From Candidatus Saccharimonadales bacterium (GTDB lineage Bacteria; Patescibacteriota; Microgenomatia; Woykebacterales; RBG-16-39-9b), in NCBI GenBank assembly GCA_035480955.1, contig DATIHF010000006.1, forward strand, positions 11,110 through 75,109: 64,000 bases of DNA, read 5' to 3'. Both the position numbers and the translations under genes were made by a program. Under the pieces are notes generated by a model. The model saw nothing but the letters and a program-made list of their open reading frames with translations, had not been told where the DNA came from and made no database searches. This document shows, piece by piece, positions 9,035 to 19,323 of the stretch. Position 1 is the first letter of the stretch. Each line of letters begins with the position of its first letter.

Positions 9035-9760
9035 GTGAGAATGCAAACGGTTTTAATCTTTCTTGGAATACTCCTAGTTGGCTATATAATTGTTCAATTT
9101 TTTTACACTTCCCACTATTTTTCAGTTGGTTCAAAGCTCACAAAAACAACTTACGCACGCAAAACAACTTTAGGAAGTTCCAACAATCCAACTTTTAAAC
9201 TCTGGATTGCGGGGGACAGTGTCGGTGCTGGAGTGGGGGCAAGTAGTTTTGAGAATTCAGTGGCGGGACGGTTGGGCGAATATTTTGCCAAAGATCACCA
9301 GGTAATCTTTGAGAATGTTTCCGTAAGTGGTAATAAAGTCGAGGATGTAGTCTCTGGACCCTCCCCAAGCGAGAAACAAGATCTGATCGTGCTGATTGTC
9401 TCCTCTAACAATTTGTTTCGCTTTACTTCAATGAAGGATTTTGCCTCTAATGTACCCAAACTTTTTACCAAGTTTTCTCCACTAGCAGACAAAGTTATCT
9501 TGATCGGGCCGGGAAGAATCTCCAATTCAACCGCAATACCTCTGCCAATGAGACCACTTTATGTACTAGAGGGGCCAAAATATGCCAAGATTCTCAAAAG
9601 CGAAGCAGCAAAATTTAACAATGTAGTTTATGTAGATCCATTGGAACACCCACTTGAAGATAATAAATTTGGAAACATAGAAGCAGCGGATCATTTTCAC
9701 CCCAACGACTCTGGTCACAAATATTGGTTTGATTTAATTGTGGAAAGTTTGAGCAAATAG
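9035..9760 (+). CDS. SGNH/GDSL hydrolase
   Basis: AGDSVGAGVG block I and DHFHPNDSGH block V; N-terminal TM. Confidence 0.88.
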   Translation: MRMQTVLIFLGILLVGYIIVQFFYTSHYFSVGSKLTKTTYARKTTLGSSNNPTFKLWIAGDSVGAGVGASSFENSVAGRLGEYFAKDHQVIFENVSVSGNKVEDVVSGPSPSEKQDLIVLIVSSNNLFRFTSMKDFASNVPKLFTKFSPLADKVILIGPGRISNSTAIPLPMRPLYVLEGPKYAKILKSEAAKFNNVVYVDPLEHPLEDNKFGNIEAADHFHPNDSGHKYWFDLIVESLSK

Positions 9761-9824
9761 AAAACGCCGGGCGGGTATAGCGAGATTCGCTATTTTAACC
9801 CAACCCGGCGCTTTCGTACCTGTA

Positions 9825-10640
9825 TTAGTGCGCTATGATAGTCACCAGATCCTTCACTGTTTGAACTTGCCAGAAGAGATCTTGATCAATGACGGGACGA
9901 CCTTGATCGTCGTAGACGGTGGTTTCGTTCACTCCATCGCCGTCGGTGTCGATCGTTTGGACCGCACCTTTATAAGAGGCGAGGACCAGATCCATGTTGC
10001 CTGGAAAGAGATCCAACAAGTACCGGAAGAGCTTCGCTCCACAGTAAATGTTGGTCTTTAACTCAGACCAGAGCTCCATCGGACAAATTGAGAGGTTGCA
10101 CCCTTGATAGATGCCGACACAGCCCGCTTCTGATGTGATTAGGGACTGACCATCTTTGACCAACACCGCGTTGGGATTTTGGTCTGGATCGAAGTGGTGA
10201 TACTTCGACTCAGTACACCCTAAAGCCATGAACCAGTTCTTCTCGTTCTCAGTGAACGAGATGTCGGTAAGTCCTAGCTCCCTCAACCCGAATTGCTCCG
10301 GGTGATAGAGAAACATATGGACTTGCAGAAAATTGTCGTATTGTTCACGACACGCAGGTGTGATGTTGAAGATATCCTCTTCACTTCCAACTGCAAGCTC
10401 CACCGGTTGCGGCGGACTAGCTGCCTCAAGACTCGGCGAAACAATCGACTGCACTTTCTTCGTCTCGGGCTGCAGGTAAAAAAACAGCACAAAGACGATG
10501 AAGAGGAACGCTGCGATCGTCATGAATGTCCCGATTCCCGGGTTTGCCGATTGCTTCTGCGGGATGCTCTTAAACAACCGACCTAGATCGCCCGTGATCG
10601 GACGATTTTTCCTGCTGCGTGCACCTTTGGCGGGGGCCAT
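9825..10640 (-). CDS. Membrane-anchored lytic transglycosylase (SLT)-like protein, divergent
   Basis: ATG 10640 after AAGGAGG; catalytic TES, GIYQ (cf. GLMQ), NIYCGAKLF, VLASYKG (cf. ALAAYNxG). Confidence 0.7.
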   Translation of the reverse strand: MAPAKGARSRKNRPITGDLGRLFKSIPQKQSANPGIGTFMTIAAFLFIVFVLFFYLQPETKKVQSIVSPSLEAASPPQPVELAVGSEEDIFNITPACREQYDNFLQVHMFLYHPEQFGLRELGLTDISFTENEKNWFMALGCTESKYHHFDPDQNPNAVLVKDGQSLITSEAGCVGIYQGCNLSICPMELWSELKTNIYCGAKLFRYLLDLFPGNMDLVLASYKGAVQTIDTDGDGVNETTVYDDQGRPVIDQDLFWQVQTVKDLVTIIAH

Positions 10641-10812
10641 GATAATCCTCCTTAGGGATCCAACTAGTTGTTCAGGTACGAAAAAGCGGCTATTCGCCAC
10701 TTAAGTCATAAAAGTATAGCAGAAATGAAGCTAAATGTCAATCCCTATAGGATAGGTTTTGGTAAATTTCGAAGACTCAATTTATCAATCTCTTTAAGTA
10801 GGATTTTTTTGT

Positions 10813-11049
10813 TTACTGCTCTTTGAAGAAATTTTCCTCTAAAGAAACTGTGAAAAAAGATATCAAAATAACCAAGAGAACTACATCCACGACCAGCTCA
10901 AAAGCAATTCCCATACCTACTAAACCAGAGAGACCAATTACTTGAATATTGTAAAAATCAAAGGTGTTAGGGAAGAAGATCCGGTTGGCGACGACAACCA
11001 CAAATAGACTTAGAATAATCGCGAGAATCTTTGGGAAATGTTTTTTCAT
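10813..11049 (-). CDS. Small membrane protein
   Basis: Two hydrophobic segments; follows the response regulator in an operon. Confidence 0.6.
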   Translation of the reverse strand: MKKHFPKILAIILSLFVVVVANRIFFPNTFDFYNIQVIGLSGLVGMGIAFELVVDVVLLVILISFFTVSLEENFFKEQ

Positions 11050-11060
11050 TTAAACTATCC

Positions 11061-11471
11061 CTATTCGAGTCCGAATTCTTTCAAATTGATCTTCATTGGC
11101 CCTTCGACGAAGAAGCGATCAATGGACTCTAAAACTTGAGAGGGGAGGTAGCGGGCTTTTAAAAGATAGCCTTGAGCGCCGATATCGACCGCTTGCTTGA
11201 TGATGGAACCTTGACCGAGATTGGTCAGTAAGTAAACTGGGGTAGAGCGATAAGGCTCGGGGGCTTGACGAAGCTTGCGGAGAACATCAATTCCTGTCTG
11301 TTTGGGAAGCATGATGTCCAGCAAAACCAAGTCATATTTCTCTGAGGTTGATTTTGCAACCCCTTCATCACCATCGGCGGCAATGACGATCTCGTAATCT
11401 CCTTTTTTTAGTTCACGAGCATAGATATCGCGGATAAAAACGTCATCTTCGATCAAAAGGATTTTTTTCAT
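11061..11471 (-). CDS. Single-domain response regulator (receiver only)
   Basis: ILLIEDD, LLDIMLP, LLTNLGQ, YLLKA. Confidence 0.92.
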   Translation of the reverse strand: MKKILLIEDDVFIRDIYARELKKGDYEIVIAADGDEGVAKSTSEKYDLVLLDIMLPKQTGIDVLRKLRQAPEPYRSTPVYLLTNLGQGSIIKQAVDIGAQGYLLKARYLPSQVLESIDRFFVEGPMKINLKEFGLE

Positions 11472-11486
11472 GGTTATAGATTTATT

Positions 11487-12053
11487 CTAACTTTCTTTTT
11501 TCTTTTTGACAATTTTTTTCTGTTTTGAGTAGTTGGTCACCGCGGCGATCGAACCAGCGGGAATTATATGCTGGATTCCTTCTGAGTCACGCAAGTAAAT
11601 CGTGCGAAAACCAACATGCTCGACGATCCCTCGTTTGCCAGCAATATCGACGTCATCGCCTTCGGAAAACTGATCCTCAGCTAAAATAAAGAAAGAAGTG
11701 ACAACATCACGGACGAGCTGTTGCGAGCCAAAACCAATCGCCAACCCAACTATTCCTGCACTCGCGACCAGGGGAGCGATATCAATACCCAGAACTGAGC
11801 AAGTTTCGATAACGGCAAAGGCAAGAATCAATACTGAGCCAAAGGCTTTAAAAACACTACTGAGCGTACGCAATCTTTTGCCACGCGGAGTCCCAACGGA
11901 GAGGAAACTCACCAGCGCTCTGGTGCCAACTTGAAGGAGCACCCAAGCAATGGCGGAGATGGCAAAGATCGTTAAAAGCGATAAAGTAGTCGGATTGAGG
12001 ACATTGTCGGATACCACACTTTTAAGCTTAGTAAACTTTACAGATAAGTTCAA
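11487..12053 (-). CDS. Small-conductance mechanosensitive channel (MscS family)
   Basis: ASAGIVGLAIGFGSQQLVRD, GIVEHVGFRT. Confidence 0.9.
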   Translation of the reverse strand: MNLSVKFTKLKSVVSDNVLNPTTLSLLTIFAISAIAWVLLQVGTRALVSFLSVGTPRGKRLRTLSSVFKAFGSVLILAFAVIETCSVLGIDIAPLVASAGIVGLAIGFGSQQLVRDVVTSFFILAEDQFSEGDDVDIAGKRGIVEHVGFRTIYLRDSEGIQHIIPAGSIAAVTNYSKQKKIVKKKKES

Positions 12054-12075
12054 CCCCTGTATGATTGGAACTGCA

Positions 12076-12675
12076 ATGACGGACTATTCTGATTACCAAA
12101 ACGAGAAGGTAGTGGAAATTTCCTCTCCTCAAAAGTCCATGGGAAAAGCCTCCATCATTATTTTTCTTTTGCTTTTTTTATTAGTAGTCGGATTACTTTC
12201 ACTCTCAGCCGGCTATTTTTTCGGTAAGGCAACCGCGACAAAACCAGAAGTTAAAAAGACTACCGTTAAAGCTCCCGCTGCCCCAGTCGGCAAAGACGTT
12301 TATTTTGACTCCGATGAAGGCTATTCGGTCACTTACCTAAAAGCTTGGAAAGCAGAGGGTAAAAATGGCACAACTGCAGGAGTAGTCGTAAAAAAAGATT
12401 CTTCTTCAGTTGAGCTCTCTATTGGGACCGAGCAGAGCTACACTTTATCGAAGGATCAAAAAAGTAAACTTTCGGCCACGAAAAAGGTTGATGTGACTAT
12501 CAACGGCAAAACACTTTCGATGAGCGAGTATTCTTTTAAAGACAGCTCTTTCATCACTTCAGCAACACTGCCGGCAACCACCAACTCGCCACAGGTTTCA
12601 ATATTGATCAAGGCAGAGAATCAAGAAAGCTATGATCAAGCCAAAGAAATCGTCCAGTCGTTAACCTTTCTCTAG
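12076..12675 (+). CDS. Single-TM protein with PsbP-like external domain
   Basis: ATG 12076 avoids overlap with mscS; TM followed by Y...GYSVTY..W and C-terminal IVQSLTF. Confidence 0.6.
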   Translation: MTDYSDYQNEKVVEISSPQKSMGKASIIIFLLLFLLVVGLLSLSAGYFFGKATATKPEVKKTTVKAPAAPVGKDVYFDSDEGYSVTYLKAWKAEGKNGTTAGVVVKKDSSSVELSIGTEQSYTLSKDQKSKLSATKKVDVTINGKTLSMSEYSFKDSSFITSATLPATTNSPQVSILIKAENQESYDQAKEIVQSLTFL

Positions 12676-12681
12676 AAAACT

Positions 12682-13545
12682 ATGAAAATTAAGGCAAGAT
12701 ATAAAATAGCAGCAGTGGTAGTGATCTTTGCGTTTTTGGTTTTTTTGCCGCGCAAAGATGTTCTCAATAATTTGACCGCAGCTGTCAGCAAACCGACGGT
12801 GATCCAAAAAGTTAATACAATTTTTCAGAAAAAACCGACTACTGAAGAGCTTGCCGCAGCTCGAAAAGCCAAACAAGACCCACTTCTAGCTGAATTGACC
12901 CCGATTTTGGCAGTCAACAAAAACTACGCCATTGCAGTCTACGACATCAATAATAAAGAGCTTTTTGGGATCAACCAAGATACTCAGTTTCACGCGGCCT
13001 CAGTGATGAAACTTTTGGTCGCAACCACTGCCTACCGAGATATTGAGGCGGGCAAATATGATTTATCGAAAACTGTCGAATACAACCTAGAGCAAATGAT
13101 CAATCAAAGCAACAACAATTCCTGGGATTATTTCAACAATCTTCAAGGGTTTGATCATCAGCAGCAAGTCGCCGATCAGCTCGGTCTAGTAGGTGCCAAG
13201 GTCTGGGGTAACCAGATGACCACTCATGGGATCGCTCAGTTGCTACAACAACTCTACAATGGGCATATCATCTCTGACCAACATAGGGAGCAACTTTTTT
13301 CCTACATGCAAAACACTGAGACAGAGAATCGCATCACCAAAGGTCTACCGGCTGGAGTGACCTTTTACCACAAAACCGGCCATTACAACGGGGGAGTCCA
13401 TGACGCTGCCATCGTACTCCATCCGAAAAATCCCTTTATCATTGTTGTTTTTACCAATGACACCACTGGCACTCCTTGGGAAACCCGTTTTGCCTCTATA
13501 GCCCAAGCTACTCAAAAAGTTTACGCTTACTTTGACTCAATTTAG
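12682..13545 (+). CDS. Serine hydrolase, class A beta-lactamase-like
   Basis: AASVMK (SxxK), SNN, HKTG, HDAAIV. Confidence 0.88.
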   Translation: MKIKARYKIAAVVVIFAFLVFLPRKDVLNNLTAAVSKPTVIQKVNTIFQKKPTTEELAAARKAKQDPLLAELTPILAVNKNYAIAVYDINNKELFGINQDTQFHAASVMKLLVATTAYRDIEAGKYDLSKTVEYNLEQMINQSNNNSWDYFNNLQGFDHQQQVADQLGLVGAKVWGNQMTTHGIAQLLQQLYNGHIISDQHREQLFSYMQNTETENRITKGLPAGVTFYHKTGHYNGGVHDAAIVLHPKNPFIIVVFTNDTTGTPWETRFASIAQATQKVYAYFDSI

Positions 13546-13548
13546 ATA

Positions 13549-14094
13549 ATGCCAAAAATTTACACTAAAACCGGTGACTCTGGAGAAACTTCACTTTTCG
13601 GCGGCAAAAGAGTAAAAAAGTCTGACCCTAGAATTGAAGCAATTGGCAGTGTCGATGAGATCAATTCAACTCTCGGGATCTGTGCTTCAGAAACCCAAAA
13701 TTCTGAGATTAAAACCCTCGTCCACCAAATCCAGAATAAACTTTTTGAGATTGGGGCAGAATTAGCAAATCCTGAAGGAGTGGGGGAGCATTCTCAGAAA
13801 ATGATTTTGCAAGACTCCGACGTAGAATTTTTGGAAAAGCAAATTGACCACTATCAATCAGACCTTCCCGCCATGAATCAGTTTATTCTGCCTGGAGGGA
13901 CGAGAAGTGCTTCTTATTTTCACTTAGCTCGAAGTGTCACGAGACGAACGGAAAGATATTTAACTCAACTGGAAAACACCAACCCTGCAATTCAAAAATA
14001 TCTCAATCGTCTTTCCGATTTATTTTTTGTTCTCGCCAGAGCCGAGAACCACTCCGCTGGGGAAGAGGACAAACCCTGGCAAAAACCTCAGTAG
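13549..14094 (+). CDS. ATP:cob(I)alamin adenosyltransferase (PduO type)
   Basis: KIYTKTGDSGETSL, GSVDEINS, FILPGG, YLNRLSDLFFVLAR. Confidence 0.93.
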   Translation: MPKIYTKTGDSGETSLFGGKRVKKSDPRIEAIGSVDEINSTLGICASETQNSEIKTLVHQIQNKLFEIGAELANPEGVGEHSQKMILQDSDVEFLEKQIDHYQSDLPAMNQFILPGGTRSASYFHLARSVTRRTERYLTQLENTNPAIQKYLNRLSDLFFVLARAENHSAGEEDKPWQKPQ

Positions 14095-14150
14095 CCCACT
14101 AAGTTTTTTTGACAGCCTCGACTCATGTATGAGAAAATTTAAAGTAAGAA

Positions 14151-15272
14151 ATGCCAAATTCCCTGCCAAAACTCCCTCCCAGCGCTCCCGCACAGATTTT
14201 CATACACCCTGAACATATCGAAGGAACTTTGAAAGTTCCAATTGAAAAAAAATCCCATCCGAATAAAGGAATAAATATCGTGGCCGCTTTTGTAATTGTG
14301 GGGCTAATCCTGATTCTAGCTGGAGCTTATTACATCATCCCGCGCACCCGAACTGTTGCTTTTGCGAGCAGTACGATTGAATCAGTGGGGGAGCTAAGTG
14401 GTAAAACCGATAAAGTTAACTCTTCTTTGACTAGTCTCTATCAATCTCTCACCCAAGGACAATCAGGGAGTGCGGGGACTACCCAAATCAGTGATCAGGT
14501 GCTGGGTTTACAGAGTGATCTTTCGAAAAAACTTTCTGATTCTTCACTTCTAACACTCTCCGCAGCCTACGAAGCAACCGGGAAAACTAAAGTAAAGGCT
14601 TTTTCAGTCCCAGATGAGGATCCCAATAAAGTTACCCGAGAGCAGAGGAGTTTGGCCAAGGAAATAGCCGATAAAAAGAAAGACGCTGAGGCGAGTTTGA
14701 GTGAGGCAACCGCTTTGACCAACGAAAATCTGTCCGGAAAAGCCGCTACACTTGAGACACAGCTATCCCAAGTCAATATCGATACCAAAGACTATCTTTC
14801 CGAAGCTGAAAAAACATCTCTATACTATGTCAATCTCTCCGACGCCTCAATCGAGCTCTACAATCTTTCCAGCAGTTTGGTCTCACCCAAAGATATCGCT
14901 GTCGCACTTCCCAAATTGACTGCTCTGAGAAGCAGCTTTGCTGATTATGATAGTGCAAAACTACCTGACCAGATGGATTCTCTCAATAAAGATGTTGTTG
15001 GAATATTTGATTTACTAATCGGCTTTTTCAAAGAAGTCAGCTCTGGCAATCAATCCGAGGAAGCACTCGCCGCTAGTTACCAAAACTTCCTCTCTTCAGC
15101 AAAGACTCTCGAGAGCCAAACTAGTGTTCACGAAATTAGCTTCTGGCAAAACAACGCAGCTTTTTCCAACTATAAAAATCTCACCAGCTCGCAAACTGAA
15201 GTGATCAAAAAAGCCCAGGAAGTCAAAAAAGAAAACAACTTCTTTGTGTTGTCCTGGTTTGGAGTTAACTAA
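14151..15272 (+). CDS. Hypothetical single-TM helical protein
   Basis: 373-aa ORF with an N-terminal TM and coiled-coil character. Confidence 0.75.
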   Translation: MPNSLPKLPPSAPAQIFIHPEHIEGTLKVPIEKKSHPNKGINIVAAFVIVGLILILAGAYYIIPRTRTVAFASSTIESVGELSGKTDKVNSSLTSLYQSLTQGQSGSAGTTQISDQVLGLQSDLSKKLSDSSLLTLSAAYEATGKTKVKAFSVPDEDPNKVTREQRSLAKEIADKKKDAEASLSEATALTNENLSGKAATLETQLSQVNIDTKDYLSEAEKTSLYYVNLSDASIELYNLSSSLVSPKDIAVALPKLTALRSSFADYDSAKLPDQMDSLNKDVVGIFDLLIGFFKEVSSGNQSEEALAASYQNFLSSAKTLESQTSVHEISFWQNNAAFSNYKNLTSSQTEVIKKAQEVKKENNFFVLSWFGVN

Positions 15273-15275
15273 TTT

Positions 15276-15863
15276 ATGCAATGGAAAATCTGTGTCTCCG
15301 GAGCAGCTGTCGGTGACTGCCTCAACGAGGAAACAATCGAAAAAGCCGAATTGCTCGGGCGCTCTATCGCCAAACATGATGCGGTACTGGTGACTGGCGC
15401 GACGACGGGAATTCCTTTTTACGCCGCTCGAGGGGCGAAAAAGGTTGATGGCGTCAGTATTGGCTTTTCTCCCGCCGCGACCTATCAAGACCACGTCAAA
15501 CGCTACCAACTACCGACGCGCTACATGGATTTGATCGTTTACACAGGTTTTGGCTACGCGGGGAGAAATTTGTTGTTAACCCGAAGTGCCGATGCGGTGA
15601 TCGTAGTTTGTGGTCGAATTGGCACTTTGAACGAATTTACTGTTGCCTTTGAAGATAAAAAACCCCTTGGTGTACTAACTGGTTCTGGCGGGATTGCCGA
15701 CGAGATCAAAGAGTTGACCGAGGTCGCCCACAAGCACGAGTGCCCAGTAATTTATGAAGATGATCCCGACAAATTGGTCGTCAATCTGATCCGTGATTTG
15801 GAAAGAACACGAGTAGCCGACAATGCTCGGGAGCGAGTAACCAAACCTGAAAAAACCGACTAG
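15276..15863 (+). CDS. LOG/SLOG family protein (TIGR00725-like)
   Basis: LVTGATTGIP, TGFGYAGRN, GRIGTLNEF. Confidence 0.88.
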   Translation: MQWKICVSGAAVGDCLNEETIEKAELLGRSIAKHDAVLVTGATTGIPFYAARGAKKVDGVSIGFSPAATYQDHVKRYQLPTRYMDLIVYTGFGYAGRNLLLTRSADAVIVVCGRIGTLNEFTVAFEDKKPLGVLTGSGGIADEIKELTEVAHKHECPVIYEDDPDKLVVNLIRDLERTRVADNARERVTKPEKTD

Positions 15864-15865
15864 CA

Positions 15866-17059
15866 ATGGTTTCTAAATTTTCAATTTTTTTTCTCAAATA
15901 CAAATTTCAAATTGGAGCGGCTATTTTGCTTTTTACTACCTTGGCGTCTTTGACATTTTTGGTTAAAACTTCTCTTGAAAACCAGCAAAAAGAGCTAACG
16001 GCCGTTTCTAATGAGCAGAAAATTGCTTCTCTTTCGGCGCAAGTAAAAAGTTTGCTCAAGGTTAATAATCAACTACAAAATGAAGACACTCGGGCAACCC
16101 TGACAACGATCAATAATACAATCGAAAAATACGAAACAGTCAAAAATAAATCAGCCGACTATAAAAATCAGGGCGTTGATACAGCTAGCGTGGATTCTCA
16201 ATTTCCCACTGCAGTCGATCTTATCTTGCAGAAAAAATATTCTGAGGCAGACGCTCTTTTGACCAAACTTGATACTGATCTGGAAACTGCTCTCAAAGCC
16301 AAACAAGCTGCTGATGCCGCGAAGCCCAAGACAACGACCACCACGACAACCTCGACCTGCAGTAGTGTCCCGACGAGTGGTTATTGCCAGTTGAGTGTTA
16401 AAGTTGGGTCAACCAGTTTTTCAGTTTATCTCGTCGCGGGAAACGTCAGTTCCGTCTGGACCGATACTGCCAATTCCGACAACTGCGCGGACAACTGTCC
16501 CACTAAAGCTCTGGCGAGTTATGTTTCCGCTGATGGTGGCTACGCGGGGATCAACGGAACTTATTTTTGTCCTCCAGACTATAGCTCCTGTGCGGGAAAA
16601 GTGTCCTCTTTTGATTTTCCAGTTTACAATTCCAATCTGAAAAAATGGATCAATGAAGACAAACTTGCTTGGACCAACCGGGCCATGATGGCTTTTACTT
16701 CTAGCTCAGCAGTTTTTTATCCAACCGCCAATAGTTACTCGGGGCTGGGAGGGATCAAAGCAGGGATCGTTAATTTCCCGGGACTGCTTCAAAACGGACA
16801 AAATATTGTTGGAAACTACACTTTGACTTCTGCACAACAAACCAAGGGAAATCGTGGCGGAGTGGGGGTAAAAGGCTCAACTGTTTATCTGGTCATCACC
16901 AAGAGTGCTACAGTCAATGATTTGGCGGAGATCATGAAGAGTATGGGAATCAGCAATGCTTTGAATCTCGACGGGGGAGGATCAAGCGCGCTTTACTACA
17001 ACGGAAGCTACAAGGTCGGGCCAGGAAGAGCTTTGCCAAACGCTCTGATTTTGAAATAA
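15866..17059 (+). CDS. Phosphodiester glycosidase (NAGPA) family protein
   Basis: AGINGTYF, ALNLDGGGSSAL; N-terminal TM and coiled coil. Confidence 0.88.
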   Translation: MVSKFSIFFLKYKFQIGAAILLFTTLASLTFLVKTSLENQQKELTAVSNEQKIASLSAQVKSLLKVNNQLQNEDTRATLTTINNTIEKYETVKNKSADYKNQGVDTASVDSQFPTAVDLILQKKYSEADALLTKLDTDLETALKAKQAADAAKPKTTTTTTTSTCSSVPTSGYCQLSVKVGSTSFSVYLVAGNVSSVWTDTANSDNCADNCPTKALASYVSADGGYAGINGTYFCPPDYSSCAGKVSSFDFPVYNSNLKKWINEDKLAWTNRAMMAFTSSSAVFYPTANSYSGLGGIKAGIVNFPGLLQNGQNIVGNYTLTSAQQTKGNRGGVGVKGSTVYLVITKSATVNDLAEIMKSMGISNALNLDGGGSSALYYNGSYKVGPGRALPNALILK

Positions 17060-17271
17060 AATTAGCAGCCCACCATGCGTGTCCAGATGTGATCTAGAAA
17101 AACGAATCTTTGGGATCCGTTGCACTAGCGAGCTGCTAATTAATTTTATAAGACTATAAGCAATAAAGGTCAACAAACAAGCGAGACTAAACATTAGTTT
17201 GATAGAGATTGACATAAACTCTCTGCTTGAGTGTTTGACAAAGAACGAATTGTGGTTGAGAATGAAAGGTG

Positions 17272-18285
17272 ATGGAGCCTGAATTTGAAAGTGACGATTT
17301 AGGTCAAAAACGCGTCGTGATCGATCAACCCAAGTCACGGCCTTTGTGGCAAAAAATTCTCTTTATTATCATTGTCCTTGCGCTAATCGCTCTGGCTCTC
17401 TTTGGTCTGAGTAAACTTTTTGGGAGTAGCAAGAAAAGCTCTTCAGGTACTAAAGAAGCCACTAGCAGTGCGACAGAGAGTGCGACCGCTTCAACAACAA
17501 AAACAAACAAATCAACTTCCAACTCTTGTGCTCCCAACTCAGAATTTGTCAATCAAGATCAAGGTTATCAAGTCTGCTATCCTAGTGGTTGGGTAGAGAA
17601 AGAGCTAAAAGTTTCTGGTTTGAAAGTTGGCTTTGATCCAAAAAAAGTTGACGACACCACTGCCACAATAGTCGTTGAGATCACTGATGATTCAGCTGAT
17701 TTGGCAATACAAAATTTCAATGACAATTCTTCAAAGTTTGATTTCGGAACAGATAGCATTGATGGTCTCAAGGTTACTCAAACTACGATAACAAGAATGA
17801 AATCTGATCCTCTTTCCGCTACCTACCCAAAATCAATCCTGACTGCGACCACAACTCACGGGCGCACTTACGTTGCCACCTTGAACTCAACCGAGGCTGA
17901 TTTCTCCGCCAACCAAACTATTTACACCAATTTTCTCAAAAGCTGGAAGTTTTTAGACGATATTCCCAAACCTCCCTGGTCAAATTCGCGTAATATTATA
18001 GTTGATCAGCCTTGGACGGATTCCACAGTTGGTAATCCAGTCACGATCTCTGGGGAAGCGATCACCTTTGAGGCAGTACTAAATATTCGCATCAAAGACG
18101 CCAAAGGGACCACTTTGAAAGAAACTACTCTACAAACCCAGAGTGGGCAAGACCGCTCACCATTTTCCGGACAGGTGAGTTTTGATAAACCCAAGACTTC
18201 AACGGGAACTATCGAGGTCTACACAACCAGCGCCAAAGACAATAAAGAGCAAGACAAAGTTTCCATCCCCGTAAAATTCCAATAA
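17272..18285 (+). CDS. Membrane-anchored protein with C-terminal Gmad2 Ig-like domain
   Basis: P.TISGEA.TFEA.LNIRIKD...G.IEVY..SAKD...IPVKF. Confidence 0.8.
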   Translation: MEPEFESDDLGQKRVVIDQPKSRPLWQKILFIIIVLALIALALFGLSKLFGSSKKSSSGTKEATSSATESATASTTKTNKSTSNSCAPNSEFVNQDQGYQVCYPSGWVEKELKVSGLKVGFDPKKVDDTTATIVVEITDDSADLAIQNFNDNSSKFDFGTDSIDGLKVTQTTITRMKSDPLSATYPKSILTATTTHGRTYVATLNSTEADFSANQTIYTNFLKSWKFLDDIPKPPWSNSRNIIVDQPWTDSTVGNPVTISGEAITFEAVLNIRIKDAKGTTLKETTLQTQSGQDRSPFSGQVSFDKPKTSTGTIEVYTTSAKDNKEQDKVSIPVKFQ

Positions 18286-18336
18286 ATTGAAATAAATTGC
18301 TAGATCAACTATACTCGCTTCCGGAAGGAGGCAGAT

Positions 18337-18615
18337 ATGTGGGCGATTCACGTTTCAAGGATTGAGGGTTACAGTTCGGAGCAAATAAATGAATCTCTCC
18401 ATAATGCTCTTGAAGCTGAGCACAGCTTAAAGTTGATATATTGGTTTGATCCAACAGATGGTGGTCGACAGAATCCCTGGTCAATGACATTTGAGAAGCG
18501 AGAACTGCGTTTTGATCCCACGCACGTTGTCTTCGCTCTCTACAGGCGATCATCTTTCCATTCAGATGAAAGGGTTTATCTGATCCAAGCGGAACCAATC
18601 GAGAAAGGAAACTGA
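18337..18615 (+). CDS. Hypothetical protein (paralog-like to 18617)
   Basis: SD GAAGGAGG, upstream TATACT; shares THVV and (Y/F)xxQAxP with the next ORF. Confidence 0.65.
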   Translation: MWAIHVSRIEGYSSEQINESLHNALEAEHSLKLIYWFDPTDGGRQNPWSMTFEKRELRFDPTHVVFALYRRSSFHSDERVYLIQAEPIEKGN

Positions 18616-18616
18616 G

Positions 18617-18973
18617 ATGGTGGAGATCATCAACAGGGATGTCAATTTTGTCTCGGTCAGTGATGATATTGGTTTCCCAAGTCTGATCAAGTTTTTTGAG
18701 AAGAGAGAGCTAGAAATAATCAAAGCCTACTCTCAATCAAACCCAAAAGAAAACTTGGCAAAGAACGGGGAGATTTTTGTTTGTGAAACTTCGGAAGGTT
18801 TTGTTGTAAATATTAGGCAAACTCATGTAGTTACAGCTTACGTTACTAGACATCCAAACTATAAGTCTTCATTGTCAACCTTTGTTGTTCAAGCAAGGCC
18901 AAAAGGAAAGAAAAAAACAACCGAAGTTGCTTCCAAGAAAAAGTCCGTCCGCAAGCCAGCTAGAAAATCCTAG
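18617..18973 (+). CDS. Hypothetical protein with basic tail
   Basis: Coupled to 18337; SD AAGGA. Confidence 0.65.
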   Translation: MVEIINRDVNFVSVSDDIGFPSLIKFFEKRELEIIKAYSQSNPKENLAKNGEIFVCETSEGFVVNIRQTHVVTAYVTRHPNYKSSLSTFVVQARPKGKKKTTEVASKKKSVRKPARKS

Positions 18974-18985
18974 TTGGCTCTTTTT

Positions 18986-19225
18986 TTAACCTTTTTCCCA
19001 ACGCTCTTTTTCGCCTTTCTCAACTTCCTCAGCCAATCCAGCTTCTTCGGGCTTTTCTTCAGTTTCTTCAAGATAAAGTCCAACAGCATGCTCTGCTTCA
19101 GTGGTATCGTTTATTTCAGGTGAGTCTTCGGCATCGGGCATGCTGCCAGAGACTGATTCCTCGCCTTTCATGTCTTCGGTCAAGTGCTTTTCCTTTTCGC
19201 CAGATGTGTAGATTATTTTTGCCAT
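18986..19225 (-). CDS. Small acidic hypothetical protein
   Basis: 79-aa Glu-rich ORF with SD AAGGGA. Confidence 0.65.
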   Translation of the reverse strand: MAKIIYTSGEKEKHLTEDMKGEESVSGSMPDAEDSPEINDTTEAEHAVGLYLEETEEKPEEAGLAEEVEKGEKERWEKG

Positions 19226-19323
19226 TAACTAATTTTCCCTTAACTAACTATTGCTGTCAACAAACAGCCTCTTGATTTTTATAAGGGTCGGGACTATATT
19301 TTTCAGACAAGGAGGAAATTTAT

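Noticed and set aside
12682-13545. Antibiotic-resistance beta-lactamase
   Set aside because: Membrane-anchored divergent serine hydrolase; activity cannot be inferred from sequence.
17062-17140. Branched hairpin TAGCAGC...GCTGCTA after the NAGPA gene
   Set aside because: Short stems and no promoter; most simply a terminator-like element.
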